From Rhizaria sp. SCN 62-66 (lineage: Eukaryota), in the NCBI GenBank assembly GCA_001724265.1, contig MEDY01000126.1:1-64000 (forward strand): 64,000 bases of DNA, given 5' to 3'. Of this stretch, positions 10,734 through 23,837 are shown piece by piece (position 1 is the first letter of the stretch; each line of letters starts with the position of its first letter). Both the position numbers and the translations under genes were made by a program. The notes under the pieces are model-generated. The model saw only the letters and a list, made by a program, of their open reading frames with translations, searched no databases and was not told the origin of the DNA.

Positions 10734-12949
10734 TCAGCGAGCGCGCGTGTGGTGCGCAACAGTTGCCGAGGCCGCCGCCGCCGCCGCCGCCGCCCCTGCG
10801 GCCGCGCCGCCCGCGCTGGCGCCGGCCACATCGGCCCACAGCGACTGCAGCTTGGGGTGTTGATTCAGCTTCTGATCAAGCGCAACGTACTTGGCAAGCG
10901 CAGATTCCTCGTGCAAGCGCAGACGGGTCTTGAGGATGTCGATCTTGAACATTGTCGACTCGAAGAATGCGCCGAGTTGCTTATCTTTGCCGACAGCGCC
11001 GTTGCCCATCGAGCGCTTGTATTGCATCTGGGCCTGGTAAAGACGCTGGTACTCGTTGTCCAAGTGTGCTTGGATGATGTTCGCACGCTCCAATAGACGC
11101 TCTTTGAGGGCGGCGAGGCACGTGTCTTTGACCTGCTGGGCTTGGTCACGGGACAGGGGCTTGTCCACGGGGAAACCAACCAGGAACGGTGACAAAAAGT
11201 CCTAAGAAAAAAAGAGAGCACAACATTGATATAGGTGAGATATCATCACGACATGCTTGAAAAAAACACGAATTGGAGTACATTTAAAATAAAACTCTTC
11301 CATAAATATATTGTTATATTGTTTCACATCACGTACCTGGTGAGCCTTCTCGTCGTCGCCGCCGTTAGCATTGCGCGCAGTGTCCAAGTCCTCATCCTTC
11401 TCAACCATCTCCTTCGCCTTGGTGTACACGCTCTTAACAAGCGTAGTATCGTGCTTCTCATGCTCAAGCCGCTGTACGAGATCCGCAAGCCTCTTCTCAC
11501 GCTCACGCACTTCATTCACCAGCCAGCGTTCGCGCGCGAGTAAGGTCTGGATGTCGATCTTACATTGTCCGGGCGGCGGCGGCACGTAATCGGGGTTCAC
11601 GCGGTGCTCATATGACCGTGAGCGCGGGGCCGACTGCGCCACAGCGGAGCCGGCGGCGGCGAGGGCGGAGCCGACGAGGAGACGCGAGTCGTGTTTATCC
11701 TCTTTATCGATCATCTGAACGCTGTGGACGATCGAGTTGGGTCCGTAATGGTAGTCTAGCCGGATCAGCTGCTCGCCAAGGAAGTGCGTGCGCTTGCGGA
11801 CGTCCTTCTCAGCCGACACGGCGGGGTTGCGGGCGTACTTCTCGGTGATCTTGCGCACGGGAAGCTCGTTACCACGGCCCAACGCAATAGTAACGGGGCG
11901 GGCGCCGCGGGAGTTACGCGGTGCCTGTTGCAGCGACTGTGGCTCGACTGTAATACTGCGGTAGACGAGGCGGTCGGGAGCGTCTTCATAGAGCTCGACG
12001 ACCTTAGAACCCATGAGTTCCATGCGCATCACCATGCAGTCCACGCGCGACTTGGGGTAGAACTTGAACACACGTGTTCGGTTAGAAACCTACAGAGAGA
12101 AGAACAACAAACGACATAAAGATAGTATCAGTGATTAAAATTAAAATGACAGTATAATGAAATGTACATTTGCATGAAATAGTATATCGTAGTCTTGGTT
12201 TGAATGACCCATATTCGAGCGAGCAATAATTTTTTTTAACAATCTGGCTGGGTTTCTTTAAGTACCTGAATGAACTCCATAAGGCCACCGTCGCGGCCAC
12301 GAGCATAAAACTCATGCACGCGCTCATCCATGGGGTACGTCACACGGCGCACCAGCCGGTCCGCACGGTGCTTAAACTCGCTGCGGACTTCCGTGGCAAA
12401 CTCGCTGACGACGTGGCTCCCACTGCTCGAGTCGTCAGGCTCAGTTTCGTACGTGGAGACTTGAAGCACCAGACCTTGCATTCCTTCGTAATATTCGGCG
12501 TATTTCTCCACAACGCAGTCACGGAAGGCCATGATGCGCTTTTGGGCGGGAAAACGGGCGCGATGAGTGTCACGGTCAATCACAATTGGGGTTACCCAGC
12601 TGGGGGGCACCTCGACAACCTAAGATATGAAAAGAACAACAAAAATGGGACGGGATATAACGATGGGTTAATGAAAGCATACAAAGATGGATTTAAAATA
12701 TGTTTCGAGATGTTGTTGTGAAAAACATATATATCATAGAGTATTATGATATAGCTTGAAAAACGAGAAATCAAAGACATATTTCCTCAAAACAGTCATG
12801 TGCGTTACTATTGAAAGAAGAGATGAAGACGAACCTGGAAGCCTCCGACGGGGGCCGTGGACATCGCGGCCGCAGCCGCGGAGGGGCCCTCTGATATCTC
12901 GGGTAGCAGACCGTACGCCGTAGCGTTCGCAGCCGTGGCTGTGGCAGCA

Positions 12950-12981
<32 letters not shown>

Positions 12982-14667
12982 CGCAGCAGCGGCAGCGCCG
13001 TTGCTCTTGCCGCCCGACGCCGCCGCAGCCGCGCCCTCGCTCTCCGCTGCCGCAGCCGCCGCTGCCGCAACCGCTGCCGCAGCCGCCGCAGCCTTGTTGG
13101 CCGCCGCAGCCGCCGAGGCCGCCGCTGCGACCGAGGGTGGCGCTGCGTGTGCGTGGTTGTTGATCAGACTGAAAAGCGAGTTGGCAGACGTGCCATCGCG
13201 CGCAAACGCGTCGTTGATGATGACGTACTCCCACAACGCGCTGTTTTCGAGCGCAAACGACATCTTGGCGGGCGGCACGGTGTCGGGATCCTGCATATTC
13301 ACCCAGTAGTTGCGCTCGTTGAAGATCGATGTCAGGCCAGTGTATGGCGAGTTGTGCGTGGGGCGGATTGCACCCGTTGAGGGCTCGACAAACACGTCTT
13401 GCTCAACGCCGCGACGACCTTTGCGCACGAGCACCCAGCAGTGCACGCGGTCGCCCTCGATCACGTCCTCGACGACCTTCTCGGCCGCCTTTTTGGCGGC
13501 CAAAGCGTCGCGCGCGCGCAGTTTGGCGATACCACGGCGCTCAAACTCCTGTTTCTCGAGGAACGCACTCGCGTGGACGGGCGGAGGGAGAACCTTGTAC
13601 TGGCCGCGGGCCACGATCGCCGTCGCAAGAGTGTCAAGGCTGTCGCCGCTGCCGTCGGCCGCGTTATTGCTGCTTGAAGTCGCCGCATTCGCGTTACTGC
13701 CGCTGCCGCTAACGCCGCTGGTGTTGCTTGAGTTAGCGCCGAGAGCGGACTGGAGGGCCTCGGAAGCGGCGCTGCTCTTGGTCGCAGCCGCGCCGGCACC
13801 ACCGGTAGCAGCGTCAGCGTTCGCCGCCGCCGCCGCCGCCGCGCCGCTGCCGCTGCCGCTGCCGCTGCTGTTGTCTGAAGCAGCGAGCGCGTTCGCCGCC
13901 GCGAGCTGTTTGTTAGCGAGGTGCTTCTTCGCGAGTTTGGGGCCCAGCAGCGAGCCCGCGCCGGCGATGAGCTCCTGGAGCTGCGCGCTAGAGCGGATCT
14001 CACCCTTAGTGGTGTCGTTGTACATTTCGAAATCCCACCATTTGTCGTTGACACCGTCAAAAACAGCGTCGTTGGTGAGATACGGGCAGTCAGTGACAGA
14101 GAGATCCATGTTGGTGACGGCACGCGGGGCGAAGCCGGTGGCGACGTAGGCGTCGAACCCGGCGCCGCGCAGCAGCGAGCAGAGGAAGACTGAGAAGTCG
14201 AGGCAGTCGCCGGCGCGCGTGGTCATCATCGAAGTCATCGACGGAAGGATGTCGGGCAGGGCGACGGGGTCGTCAAGCGGGAGATACTCGAGGAAGTCGG
14301 AGACAAAGATAGCGCATGCCTGTAGCGAGTGAAGCTCTTGCGCGGGGAGCAAGGTGGGGCGGATACTGGTGCAGACGAACTTGCGGACGGCGCATTCGTT
14401 AAACGGCGTCAACAGCAGCGGAGGACGGTCGGGAAAGAGGTAAACGAACTGGCGACGGAAGTCCTCAACGTACTCGAGCAGGGTCTCCTCTTTGGGTGTG
14501 TTGCTGCGGTGTGACACGGGCAGTTGCGAGACATCGAGGCGGTCAATGATACGGGCCTTCTTGGAGTAGGTGATTTGGTCGCGCGGCACAGTGACGTGCT
14601 TCGGCGGGTCGGGCTTCAGAAGCTCGCGAAGACGGTTCGGGTCCGTCAGCTCCTCCAGCGTCGGCAT
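10734..14667 (-). CDS. DRC7: Dynein regulatory complex subunit 7 (CCDC135/FAP50); exons ~14667-12835, 12619-12266, 12089-11337, 11201-10734
   Basis: NTPKEETLLEYVEDFRRQF..LFPDRPPLLL..NEC..RKFVCTSIRPT, transglutaminase-like GDCLDFS..LCSLLRGAGFDAYV, VHCWVLV, FNERNYWVNMQ, PPSWV, DFLSPF and CLAALKERLLERANIIQ. Three phase-0 introns give a continuous frame. A further 5' exon (ATG near 15150) is possible. Confidence 0.9.
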
Positions 14668-15514
14668 CGCGGGCAACGGAGGGCGAGACAGAGCGGCAGC
14701 TACTACAGGCTCAGGCGCGGGCGCAGGCAGGCAGGTTTGGAGCTGTTAGGGACAGAGCAGCCTAAGACAGCTGTGCTCTTGAGGGTGAAGCAGGCAGTTC
14801 AGCCCTTAAGGCGTTAGTGAAGGGGGACTAAGTTTTTTTTTATGGCCAAGACACAGCCTAGGAATGAATTAAGGAAAGCGAAAAGGCTGGGGAAGAGAAA
14901 ACAAGGTAGGCAAGCAGTGGGTGAACTAGGGTCAGAAAGTGCCTCCGTTTCGCACGTCAAATCAGGGGTAGAATGCGTCTGTAGAAAATAGTGTTGAATG
15001 CTGTTAACAAAATAGTATCGTAAAATACGCAAATAGAGTTAGAAATTCAGACGACGGTCAGCAGGACTCTGGGGAAACAAATGAAGGACCTCTGCACGAA
15101 CCGAGTAACGGCATCATTCGGTCGGTCGCGGCCAACTGCAGTCGAGACATTTTTAGGAACCGACAAGCAAAGTCACGCTCGCTTAATCTTCAGACAAACG
15201 TGTCCTGATGCATGAATTTAAAATAATCCCAAACAAAACCACGTCATTAATATAAATGATGGGTGTATGTATTCAAATATAAACGAAATGAGTCAATAGC
15301 CTCTAGGACTGTCATGCTCTATCCCTGCGTAGTTCGAAATGGCCCAACATTCAGGACACTTTGCTAAGCATATTTGACCATAGCGGTCTGTTCCTGGCCG
15401 TCTCGCACCACAAAAACATACCAGCAACCTGATCCTGCACTGAATTCATCTAAATACATGAGTGAACATCTTCCAAGTGCTTATCTATCGGGCACAAACC
15501 TGTGACATTTTCTT

Positions 15515-17785
15515 TCACTTAAGGAGCGCCTTGATGAGCATCCCTGCGTTCAGCCGCTTGAGATCACGGTACGTCTGACCGGTGCCCACGAACAGGATCG
15601 GCGACCCCGTGGAGTACGTCATCGAAATAGCCGCGCCGACCTTGTCGTCAATCGTGTCGAACTTGGTCAGCACGATGCCGTCGATGAGACGAGGGTGTGC
15701 ACGGTCACTGTTAGCACCCAACGCGCGGTTAAAGTTGACGAGCTGGTCGCACCCATCGTTGCCGACCAGCGCCTCACCGACAAACAGGATCAGATCGGGC
15801 TCGTTCACGTTCATGAGCTTCGCAAGCCCCTTCATCAGACTCTCGTTGCCCTGCATGCGCCCCGCAGTGTCGATCAGGATCACATCGATGCCGTCACGCT
15901 TCGCCGCCGCGATGCCCTCAGCGGCGACGCTCGCCTCGTCCTTGCCGTACCCGCGGTCGTACAGCGGAATATTGAGCGCGGCGCAGTGGGTCTTAAGCTG
16001 CTCAATAGCGCCAGAGCGGAACGTGTCACACGCCGCGACAGCCACCTTGAGCCCTTGGGAGAGGAAAAACGCGGCGAGCTTGGCCAGAGAGGTTGACTTA
16101 CCGACGCCGTTGACGCCGCACATAACGATCGAGTATGGCTTGTGAGCCTCGCGCGCTGCGGCGACGCCGGCGAGGACGTCGACCGGCTTCTTGGGGGTCA
16201 AAAGGCGGTTTAGCGCGGCGACAAGCCCAGTTTTGACCGTAGAGCGGAGGGTGGTGAAGGTGCCGGCGCGCTTGCCGACGAGACCGGTGACCACGGACGT
16301 GACAAGCTTCTCCGCGATTTCGGGGGAAACGTTCTTGCGGACAAGATCGTCGGTGAAAGACTTGGCAACGGGAGCCAGATCCTCCTCCGTGAGGTCCTTT
16401 TGCCCGACGAGACCGGAGAGGTACCCCCACATGCCGCCACTAGCCTTGGCTTTCTCGGCCTCATCATCGCCACCCTCGCCGTCGTCACTGTCCTCGTCGT
16501 CGTTGCCGTTGCTGTTGTCGTCGAAATACGTCTCGCCGACCTTGGGGGCTTCACCGTGGGCGGCGATAGCGGACTCTACATCAGCAACGGCACGCCTCCT
16601 GTACATGCAACATCGCAATTATGCGAGAATACAAAAAGAAATATATTGTGAGTTATATGTGCGGATATAGAAACAAAACATGTTAGGATATAAAATGTCG
16701 TAAGGTTATCGCGATATATAATGAAATAATTCCAATGTGTTGTGATATTGCAAAGAGAGGTGTGTTTTAAGAAACGTACCGGGCAGCCTCAGCCTTCTCG
16801 GCGGCAGTGGCTCCGCTGTCGCTGTTCATATCCAGTGCACTGGCCTCGACCCTCGACAGGGGAGTATCATCCCACTTAGTCGCCACCTTCTTGGGAGCAG
16901 CCTTTTTACCGCTGCCGATGTCAGCAGCAGCGGAGGCAGCGTTGGGGGTCGAAGGGGTCTTTCCACCCTTAATGTTGTTGTTATTATTACCGGCCTTCTT
17001 GGCGGCAGCGGCGGCGGCCAGACGGTCGTTCAAAGCCTTGATCTTCGCCAAACGCACCTCCTCACTAAGGCCAGACGACGGGGACGCCGGCGGAGAGACA
17101 CTCTCACTCCCCGCACCCGCACCCGCACTCGCACCACCCGGAGCAGGCGCAGGCGCAGTCTTGGTATCGGGCTTGGTGGCGAGCGAGAGGGACGACAACG
17201 CGGCCTCAGCAGCAGTCGCGGTCGCAGGGGCAGCAGCGTTCGTGGTCGTAGCACCAGCGGCGGCGGCGGCGGCGGCGGGCAGGAAGAGGTGGCCGGCCTC
17301 AGCAGCGATCGTGCGGTATGTCACGTCAAACTTGGGGTACGAAGTCTTGTACATCCGGTCTTTGAGCTCGGCGGCGTGGCGCTTAACGAACGCGGCGCGC
17401 ACAGCGGCGACGGTCTTATCAACATTGAGTACGGTCATGATGTTGGGGTAGATGGCGACGAAGACGAGGTCGAGAACGTTGTCGATCTCCCACTTGAGGG
17501 TGTAGTGACCGTGGGTGAACTGAGTGAGGCCCTGGCGCTCCTCAAGAAAGACTTCCTGGATCAAATGATCTAGCGGGTGGCCCGCCAGCACGGCAGACTG
17601 TATTGGGTAAACGAAACAAGAGCGAGGCAAGAGAGTCGCGTGAGTGGGAGCGAGAGCGAAGAGGAAGAAAGTGGAAGCAAGGAAGTTTGTGTTTGGAGAA
17701 TGATAGCGGAGGTAGATGCGAGACGTACGGTGCTCTCCCAGAGGATGAGGCCTGTCCGGGTGAAGATGACAAACTGTTCGATCAT
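15515..17785 (-). CDS. SRPRA: Signal recognition particle receptor alpha; exons 17785-17729, 17597-16780, 16598-15515
   Basis: N-terminal longin MIEQFVIFTRTGLILW, then GTPase motifs GVNGVGKSTSLAK, ACDTFRSGA, DTAGR and TKFDTIDDKVGAAISM. Intron phases are consistent. Confidence 0.95.
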
Positions 17786-18362
17786 CTGTGGAACCTGTGA
17801 GCGATGCGTGGGACGCGAAGTGCGACGATGGAAGCGACGTGGAGGGTGAGTCACGAGTTGGAGTGTGGCTGAGATGTGGTCAAACTTAAACGAGGCCAAA
17901 GGCGATGATCCCAGCAGGCTGGCGCAGAATAGTTGAAATATATTATATATATAAGTCCACTTGAATATATGTATAACGAGCCATGGCGCTATTAGACGGA
18001 GTTATTGGTCCCCACAGCACGGTCCGCGATCGGGTGAATCAGCAACCAGTCGCCTTCGTTCGCGACTTGGTGAGGGTCGGTCGGCCGAGTCCCAGCGAGC
18101 GACCACCAACGGCTGTCTCATTCAAAGTGCAGCTTAACTTGCAGAGGATGCACTGACATGGGACGTCCGTCTGCTTAAATTCTATTGGTGTATTGGAATA
18201 TTGTGGCTTCTTTTGAATTCAATTTGTAATATACATGTTTATACATGTTGTCTCTGCAGCTCATTTATACCTTCAAAATCCACTCTATCTCCGATCGTCG
18301 CATGCTTACCCCACTTCTCCTCACTTGCCATGCGCTTTGTCTTTCCGCGCCTCCCTTCCAGC

Positions 18363-20635
18363 ATGGCTGACAAAAAGGGCGACCCCAGCGCCGGCCAGAA
18401 GTCCGAGTGCATCAAGGTCGTTGTGCGCTGCCGTCCCGTAGGCGCGCACGAGCGCAGCGCCGGTGTCACGACCATCGTTGAGGCTGACCGCAAAACGAGC
18501 ACGATCAAGGTCAACAAGCCCAAGGAAGCCGGCGCCACCGAGGGAGAGGCGCCTCGCACATTCACGTTTGGTACGCTATCGTTTTTAGTTCTCCCAAGGA
18601 AGAGCAAGACTGCTTAAACATCATGTTGATGCTTGCATCGTCCCCTTAGTATGTTTAACAACGAACCTCTACTCTATTCTACTCTCTCTAAACCGCTCTG
18701 TTATTCCTCACTGCGACTGTTTTACCTTGCTTAGACTATGTGTACCCGCCCGAGGTGAACCAAATTGACGTGTTTAACGAGACGGCCCGACCCATCGTCG
18801 ACTCCGTTCTCGGTGGCTACAACGGCACCATCTTCGCCTACGGTCAAACCGGCACTGGTAAGACATTCACCATGGAAGGCGTGCTTGACAACCCGTCTCT
18901 GCGCGGTATCATGCCCAACTCGTTCCAGTACATCTTCGACGCGCTGGAAAACGCGCCGAAAGAGGTTGAGTTCCTGGTGCGCGCGTCGTTCATGGAGATC
19001 TACATGGAAGATATCTACGATCTGCTGAACCGTGACCACCAGCGACACAAGATGCAGCTGCGCACGGACGCCGACTCGAGCGCGCACGTCAAAGACCTCG
19101 CTTGTGAAGTTGTCAAGTCTCCGCAGGATCTGTTCGCCCTGTTGGCGCGCGGACAGAAGCTGCGTAAGGTCGGTGAGACTGCGATGAACAAGGGTTCCTC
19201 GCGTTCGCACTCGATCTTCACCATCATCGTTGAATCATCGACCACAGACCCGGCGACGGGCGCTAAGACCTACAAGCAGGGCAAGCTGAACCTCGTCGAC
19301 CTGGCCGGTTCGGAGCGCCAGAAAAAGACTCACGCTGAGGGTGACCGGCTCGAGGAAGGCAAATTCATCAACTTGTCTCTGTCTGCGCTGGGTAACGTCA
19401 TCCGCACACTGGCGCGCGGCCGCGGCGAGCACGTGCCGTTCCGCGACTCGAAGCTGACTCTGATCCTGCGCGATTCACTGGGCGGCAACACCAAGACGGT
19501 GATGATCGCCAACGTCGGTCCCATCGCTGAAAACCACTCCGAGACGCTGTCAACGCTACGGTACGCCAACGATGCCAAGCAGATCAAGAACAAGCCTACG
19601 ATCAACGAGGACCCCAAGGACGCGGCGTTGCGCAGTGCGCAGGAGGAGATCGCGATCCTCAAGGCGCGATTGCTGGCGAAGCAACAGGGCATCGACTTCA
19701 GCTCGCTGACGCCCGCACAACAGCTTGCGCTGGGGCAAGAGGGCTCGTTGCCGGAGGGCGTCGGTGCGCCCGCCGTTGTGCAGGAGCGTGAAGTCATCAA
19801 GATTAAGATCGTCGACTCCGGCTACCGCCTCGAGGACTTACAACGGGTTATCGAGGCCGCGCGCGCTGAAGAGGCGGAAATGACTAACAAGACCGAGGCC
19901 GAGAAGACGGAGATCCTGTCGCGCAAGAGAGAGGCTGAGGCCAAGTTTGCGCAGCTCCAGGACGAGCTCCAGCGCAACCAGGCTCTCCTCCGCAAGGAAG
20001 AGGAGGAGATGGAAGTGGCGCGGCGCGCGCTGGCGGAGAAGCAGCAGGAGCTCGTCTCGGGCGGCGGGCACGTCGAGCGTGCGGCGGCGGCGCGCGCAGA
20101 GCTGCTGAAGGCGGAGCAGGAGCTGGCCGCGCGCCGGCAGCAGCAGGAGACGCTGGGCCGCGAGCTTGCGGAGCGCGACGAAGCTCGCCTCTTGGCCGAT
20201 GAACGCTACGCAGACGCTGAGGGCGCGGTGCAGGCGCTGCAGAAGAAGCTTAAGGAGCTGTTTGTCAAGGTGGGCCAGAAGAAGGATGACGCTCGGCTGA
20301 TCGAGGACGAGTTCCAGCAGGAAAAGGAGGATTACTTGCAGATGATCCGCGAGCTTGACAAGGAGATCAAGCTCCAGTCGCTGGTGATCGAGTCGTTCAT
20401 GCCCTACTCGTTCTACCGCGTCGTGGACAAGGCGCGACGCTGGGACGCGTACCGCGAGGAGTGGACGCTGCCGTTCCTCGATAACTCGGGCAACTCGGTG
20501 GCGCAGCGAGGGGAGGGCGCGTCGGTGGGGCACATCGCCAACTCACGGGAGGAGCAGCTGCTGCAGCGGCAGTATCTGAGCGCTGGGTCGGTGGCCAACA
20601 TGCAGGGCGTGTATGGCAGTTACCCGCAGTCGTGA
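18363..20635 (+). CDS. Kinesin-2 motor subunit (KIF3/FLA8/FLA10-like); exons 18363-18570, 18735-20635
   Basis: SECIKVVVRCRP, TFTF|DYVY, GYNGTIFAYGQTGTGKT, SSRSH, KLNLVDLAGSER and neck KNKPTINEDPKDA, followed by a coiled-coil stalk and the tail segment FQQEKEDYL..IR..WD..EEW. Confidence 0.9.
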
Positions 20636-21680
20636 GTGCGAGTACTCGTCCACCCATTGAACAACAGTCAGTGACACGTACCGTGAGTCATGTCTCAAAT
20701 CGATATTAGACGATTGTGAGGGAGTGCTGTTCACTCATGGCCAGAGTTTTATCACACAAGCTGTATAGATAGAGAGTACACGTATCATTTTACGGGTAAA
20801 GTATAAAGAGTCGAAATAATGAGGCCATATAATGTGCAATTAATCTCAAAACAACGAATACAAAAAATGAGTATTATTTACACGAGCACTTCAGAGAGGG
20901 GTGTCGAGGAACGTTGGTTCTGGGATAAGGGGGTTATTTTGTATTCGAGATGCGTCGATTTTAAATATGATTTGAAAGGGATCATACTTCGAACGTATAT
21001 TTTTGAGTGTAAAATATTTTTTAGGAAAAAATGGGCGAAGATGAATATCGTTAGAGAACGACACTACCACAAACAAGTGTGCGCGTGACTGGGCATAAAC
21101 GGGGTAAAAATCAAAAGAATAACTTACAGTCAAGGCGTCCGGCGTGCTATCAATCGCAGAGCGTGATGAATAGCAGCAACGCTGTGCGCTTTGTTGTGTG
21201 TTGATGCAGTGTGGAACACGAACGGGGTCGCTTGGGGGCCGGGCAAGGTGGGGAAAACGTCCCTACCACCCACCCCTGCAGCAAGCGAGGAGACGGGGGG
21301 AATGATGAGTAAAAGTTAAGCCGTGTTTGCGGTAAAAAGACAGTGTCGAGTGTCGGGAGCGCGCGCTGTTGGTATGATAGACTATGTCTGTGAGCAGCCC
21401 AAAACCCTCCTCTCTTTTAGAATCAAAGAGAATAGGCTTAGAGACAGCAAAGCAAGATACGACAGCCAGTCAAGTGCGCACAAGCACCGAAGCGTAGAGG
21501 CGCAAAAAACACGACAAAAGCATAAAGCAACAGCAAGTTGTACGCGTACGGAGCACTCGCTGTCACCGCAATATAACTTCTAAGCGCGTCACACCCACCC
21601 AATCACTCGTGAGTTTGAGTTGAGAGCGAGTGGGGTGGTATGACTGACCTAAGTCCGCGACTAGAGAAGGGGCGTATTGC

Positions 21681-22418
21681 TTAGTGGTGGTCGTCGTGGC
21701 CGTGAGCGAACATCTCGAACAGACCGTTGATCTCGGCAATACCACGGTAGCAGACGTAGCCGGCAGAGACGGCGCAGATGGCCATACCGATGCCGTAGTT
21801 CATACGGTTCTGAGCAGTGCCAGAGGAGAAGGAGTAGAGCATAGTCTCCATGAAGCCCATCTCGACGTTGGGGGTCTTGTAGTCCTTGCTGTCGATGTCG
21901 TACTTAGTGCGGATGGCGGGCTTGGTGGCGTCAACAAAACGCTCCTGGAAGACGACGGGCTCAAAGAGCTCGATGAAGTCAGCCTTGTCCTTCTTGCCCT
22001 CGACAGTGTCGGGGAACTGCTTGAGGGTCTCCTCGTACGACGCGGGGGCGTTCTTGACGATGGACTCGTAGAGAGCGGTGGTGGACTCCGCGGAAGGCTG
22101 GAGAGGGGCGTAGATGAAGCCCTCGCAGTCGGCGGGGACGTACTGCGCCTGGGGGTTGACGAAGTGGAGGTGGGAGTAGTCGACCTGGAACTCGGGGAAC
22201 TTGTACTCGGTGCCGTTGCCGCCAAGGGTGGCGTTGGCGGGAACCTTGCCACCCCAGGGGGCAGCAGAGAGCTTCTCGAGGAGCTTGGCGTTGTCGGCGG
22301 AGATCTTGAGGGTCTCAGCGGCGTGGTGGCCGTGGCCGTGAGCCGCAGCAGCGTGCGCGCCGAAGAAGCGGGCAGGAGCCTTGACAAGACGAGCACCCTT
22401 GGTCAGGTTACGAAGCAT
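21681..22418 (-). CDS. Unknown 245-aa protein, probably a mitochondrial single-pass membrane protein
   Basis: Basic, acid-free N-terminus (MLRNLTKGARLVKAPARFF), one C-terminal hydrophobic segment, His-rich ends and very strong C/G third-position codon bias. A pyrimidine tract plus AG lies just upstream of the ATG, suggesting a 5'-UTR intron. Confidence 0.7.
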   Translation of the reverse strand: MLRNLTKGARLVKAPARFFGAHAAAAHGHGHHAAETLKISADNAKLLEKLSAAPWGGKVPANATLGGNGTEYKFPEFQVDYSHLHFVNPQAQYVPADCEGFIYAPLQPSAESTTALYESIVKNAPASYEETLKQFPDTVEGKKDKADFIELFEPVVFQERFVDATKPAIRTKYDIDSKDYKTPNVEMGFMETMLYSFSSGTAQNRMNYGIGMAICAVSAGYVCYRGIAEINGLFEMFAHGHDDHH

Positions 22419-23183
22419 CTCGCTACACACGTGCAGAAAGCGAATAGGAGGACAAGAGTAAGTGAAAGAGGTGAGAAATTTCGGGTTCTAGTGAAAGCAC
22501 AGCTTCCTGGAGCAAAGCAATGACGGAGCAAGGCATGGCACCAGGAGGCGCGGGTGGCTCGGGAGATGCCAAGCTGCAAGCAAGCACATGGGGCGCGACT
22601 AGGGTCTGCTCCCCGGGACGGATACACAACGCAAGCATAAAAATTACGAAACTGAGAAGACAGAAGAGATCGTAACAATAAATGTACGATTTTCCATTTT
22701 TCAAAAGCCTGCCCTCTGCGTCCTGTGCGGGCGTTCGCGCGCGGCGCCAGGTCCCCACCCCAGCCCAGTCCATGCCTCGCCCGGGCCCTTACCGCCGGGT
22801 GTAAGGGCCGGGACCGGGCTCACAGTCAGCTGATCAGTCGCTTCGGTCAGCGAGTCGGTCGGTCAGCCTCGAGGCTCGAGTTGGAGGCGTCGTCCAAAGG
22901 GGAATTTCGAGAAGCGGATATCTGAGCTCCTGCGGCGACAGTGCGGTGGTCGGGGATATTATTTATAGTTTTAGTGCTGCTTAATGTATCTATTGGCACT
23001 CTTCATCTCCTTTTCCGTCCACGTGCGCGGGTGCTGATCATGCTTTTCTTCGCCCACCAGGGTTTCAACAACCTCACCGACGTATCTCCCTCCTCTCCCC
23101 TCCTGTTCTGCATTGCTTACTGTTGCTTTTCAAACCCTTTGTGTTGTTTTCTTCGCATTCCCTGATTTCTTTTTCTTAACAGA

Positions 23184-23837
23184 ATGTCTGACTTTGGTGA
23201 CGAGTTTGCCGGCGAGCAGGTGCCCGCGTCCGCGCCTCAGAACAACGTCGACGACATCGACGATGGCTTCCCTTCCACCGCTGTGCCCGAGACCGAGGGC
23301 GCGTCTGGCCTGGACATGTTCCCCGCCGTCGACGCTGCCCCCGCTGACGGCGAGGCCGCCGCCGACTTCGGCTTCGGCTTTGCTGACGAAGGCAAGGGCG
23401 AGGGCGAGTCCGCCCCCGCTTCTGGCGCCGCCAACGATGAGGATATGTTCGGCCTTATGGGCGCGTCCGCCGTCCCCGAAGAGGCCGCCGCCGGCGACGC
23501 CTACACCAAGTGGCAGAAGGAGCACGACACCTACCTCAAGAACAAGGCCGACCGCCTCCGCAACGAGAAGGCCGCCGAGGCCGCGGCCGCCAAGGCCGAA
23601 CTCGACGAGTTTTACGCCAAGCGCGAGAACACCATCAAGAAGGCCAAGGCGGCCAACCGCAGCGAGGAGAAGCAGTGGCGCGCGGACCTCGAGGCCACCA
23701 ACTCGCACGGCACGCAGTGGGAGAAGGTCGCCAAGTACTGCGATCTCAAGCCCAAGGCCGAGGGCAAGGGTGGGCAGCCGCATAAGACGGACCGCATGCG
23801 CCGTGTGCTCGTCACTCTCAAGTCTGAGAAGCAGTAA
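23184..23837 (+). CDS. Clathrin light chain
   Basis: Acidic N-terminus, central helix (KWQKEH...AKAELDEFYAKRE...NRSEEK), QWEKVAKYCD and C-terminal TDRMRRVLVTLK. A probable 5'-UTR intron ends TTAACAG just before the ATG. Confidence 0.88.
   Translation: MSDFGDEFAGEQVPASAPQNNVDDIDDGFPSTAVPETEGASGLDMFPAVDAAPADGEAAADFGFGFADEGKGEGESAPASGAANDEDMFGLMGASAVPEEAAAGDAYTKWQKEHDTYLKNKADRLRNEKAAEAAAAKAELDEFYAKRENTIKKAKAANRSEEKQWRADLEATNSHGTQWEKVAKYCDLKPKAEGKGGQPHKTDRMRRVLVTLKSEKQ

Noticed and set aside
14765..14890. Two hairpins with ANANNA- and ACA-like boxes (minus strand) 5' of DRC7 as an H/ACA snoRNA
   Set aside because: No clear pseudouridylation pockets and poor box spacing.
20632..20637. GTGAGT overlapping the kinesin stop (also at the 56176 stop) as a possible splice donor extending the gene
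   Set aside because: No convincing downstream coding exon, and donors in this window are GTHCGT-type; cannot be fully excluded without RNA-seq.
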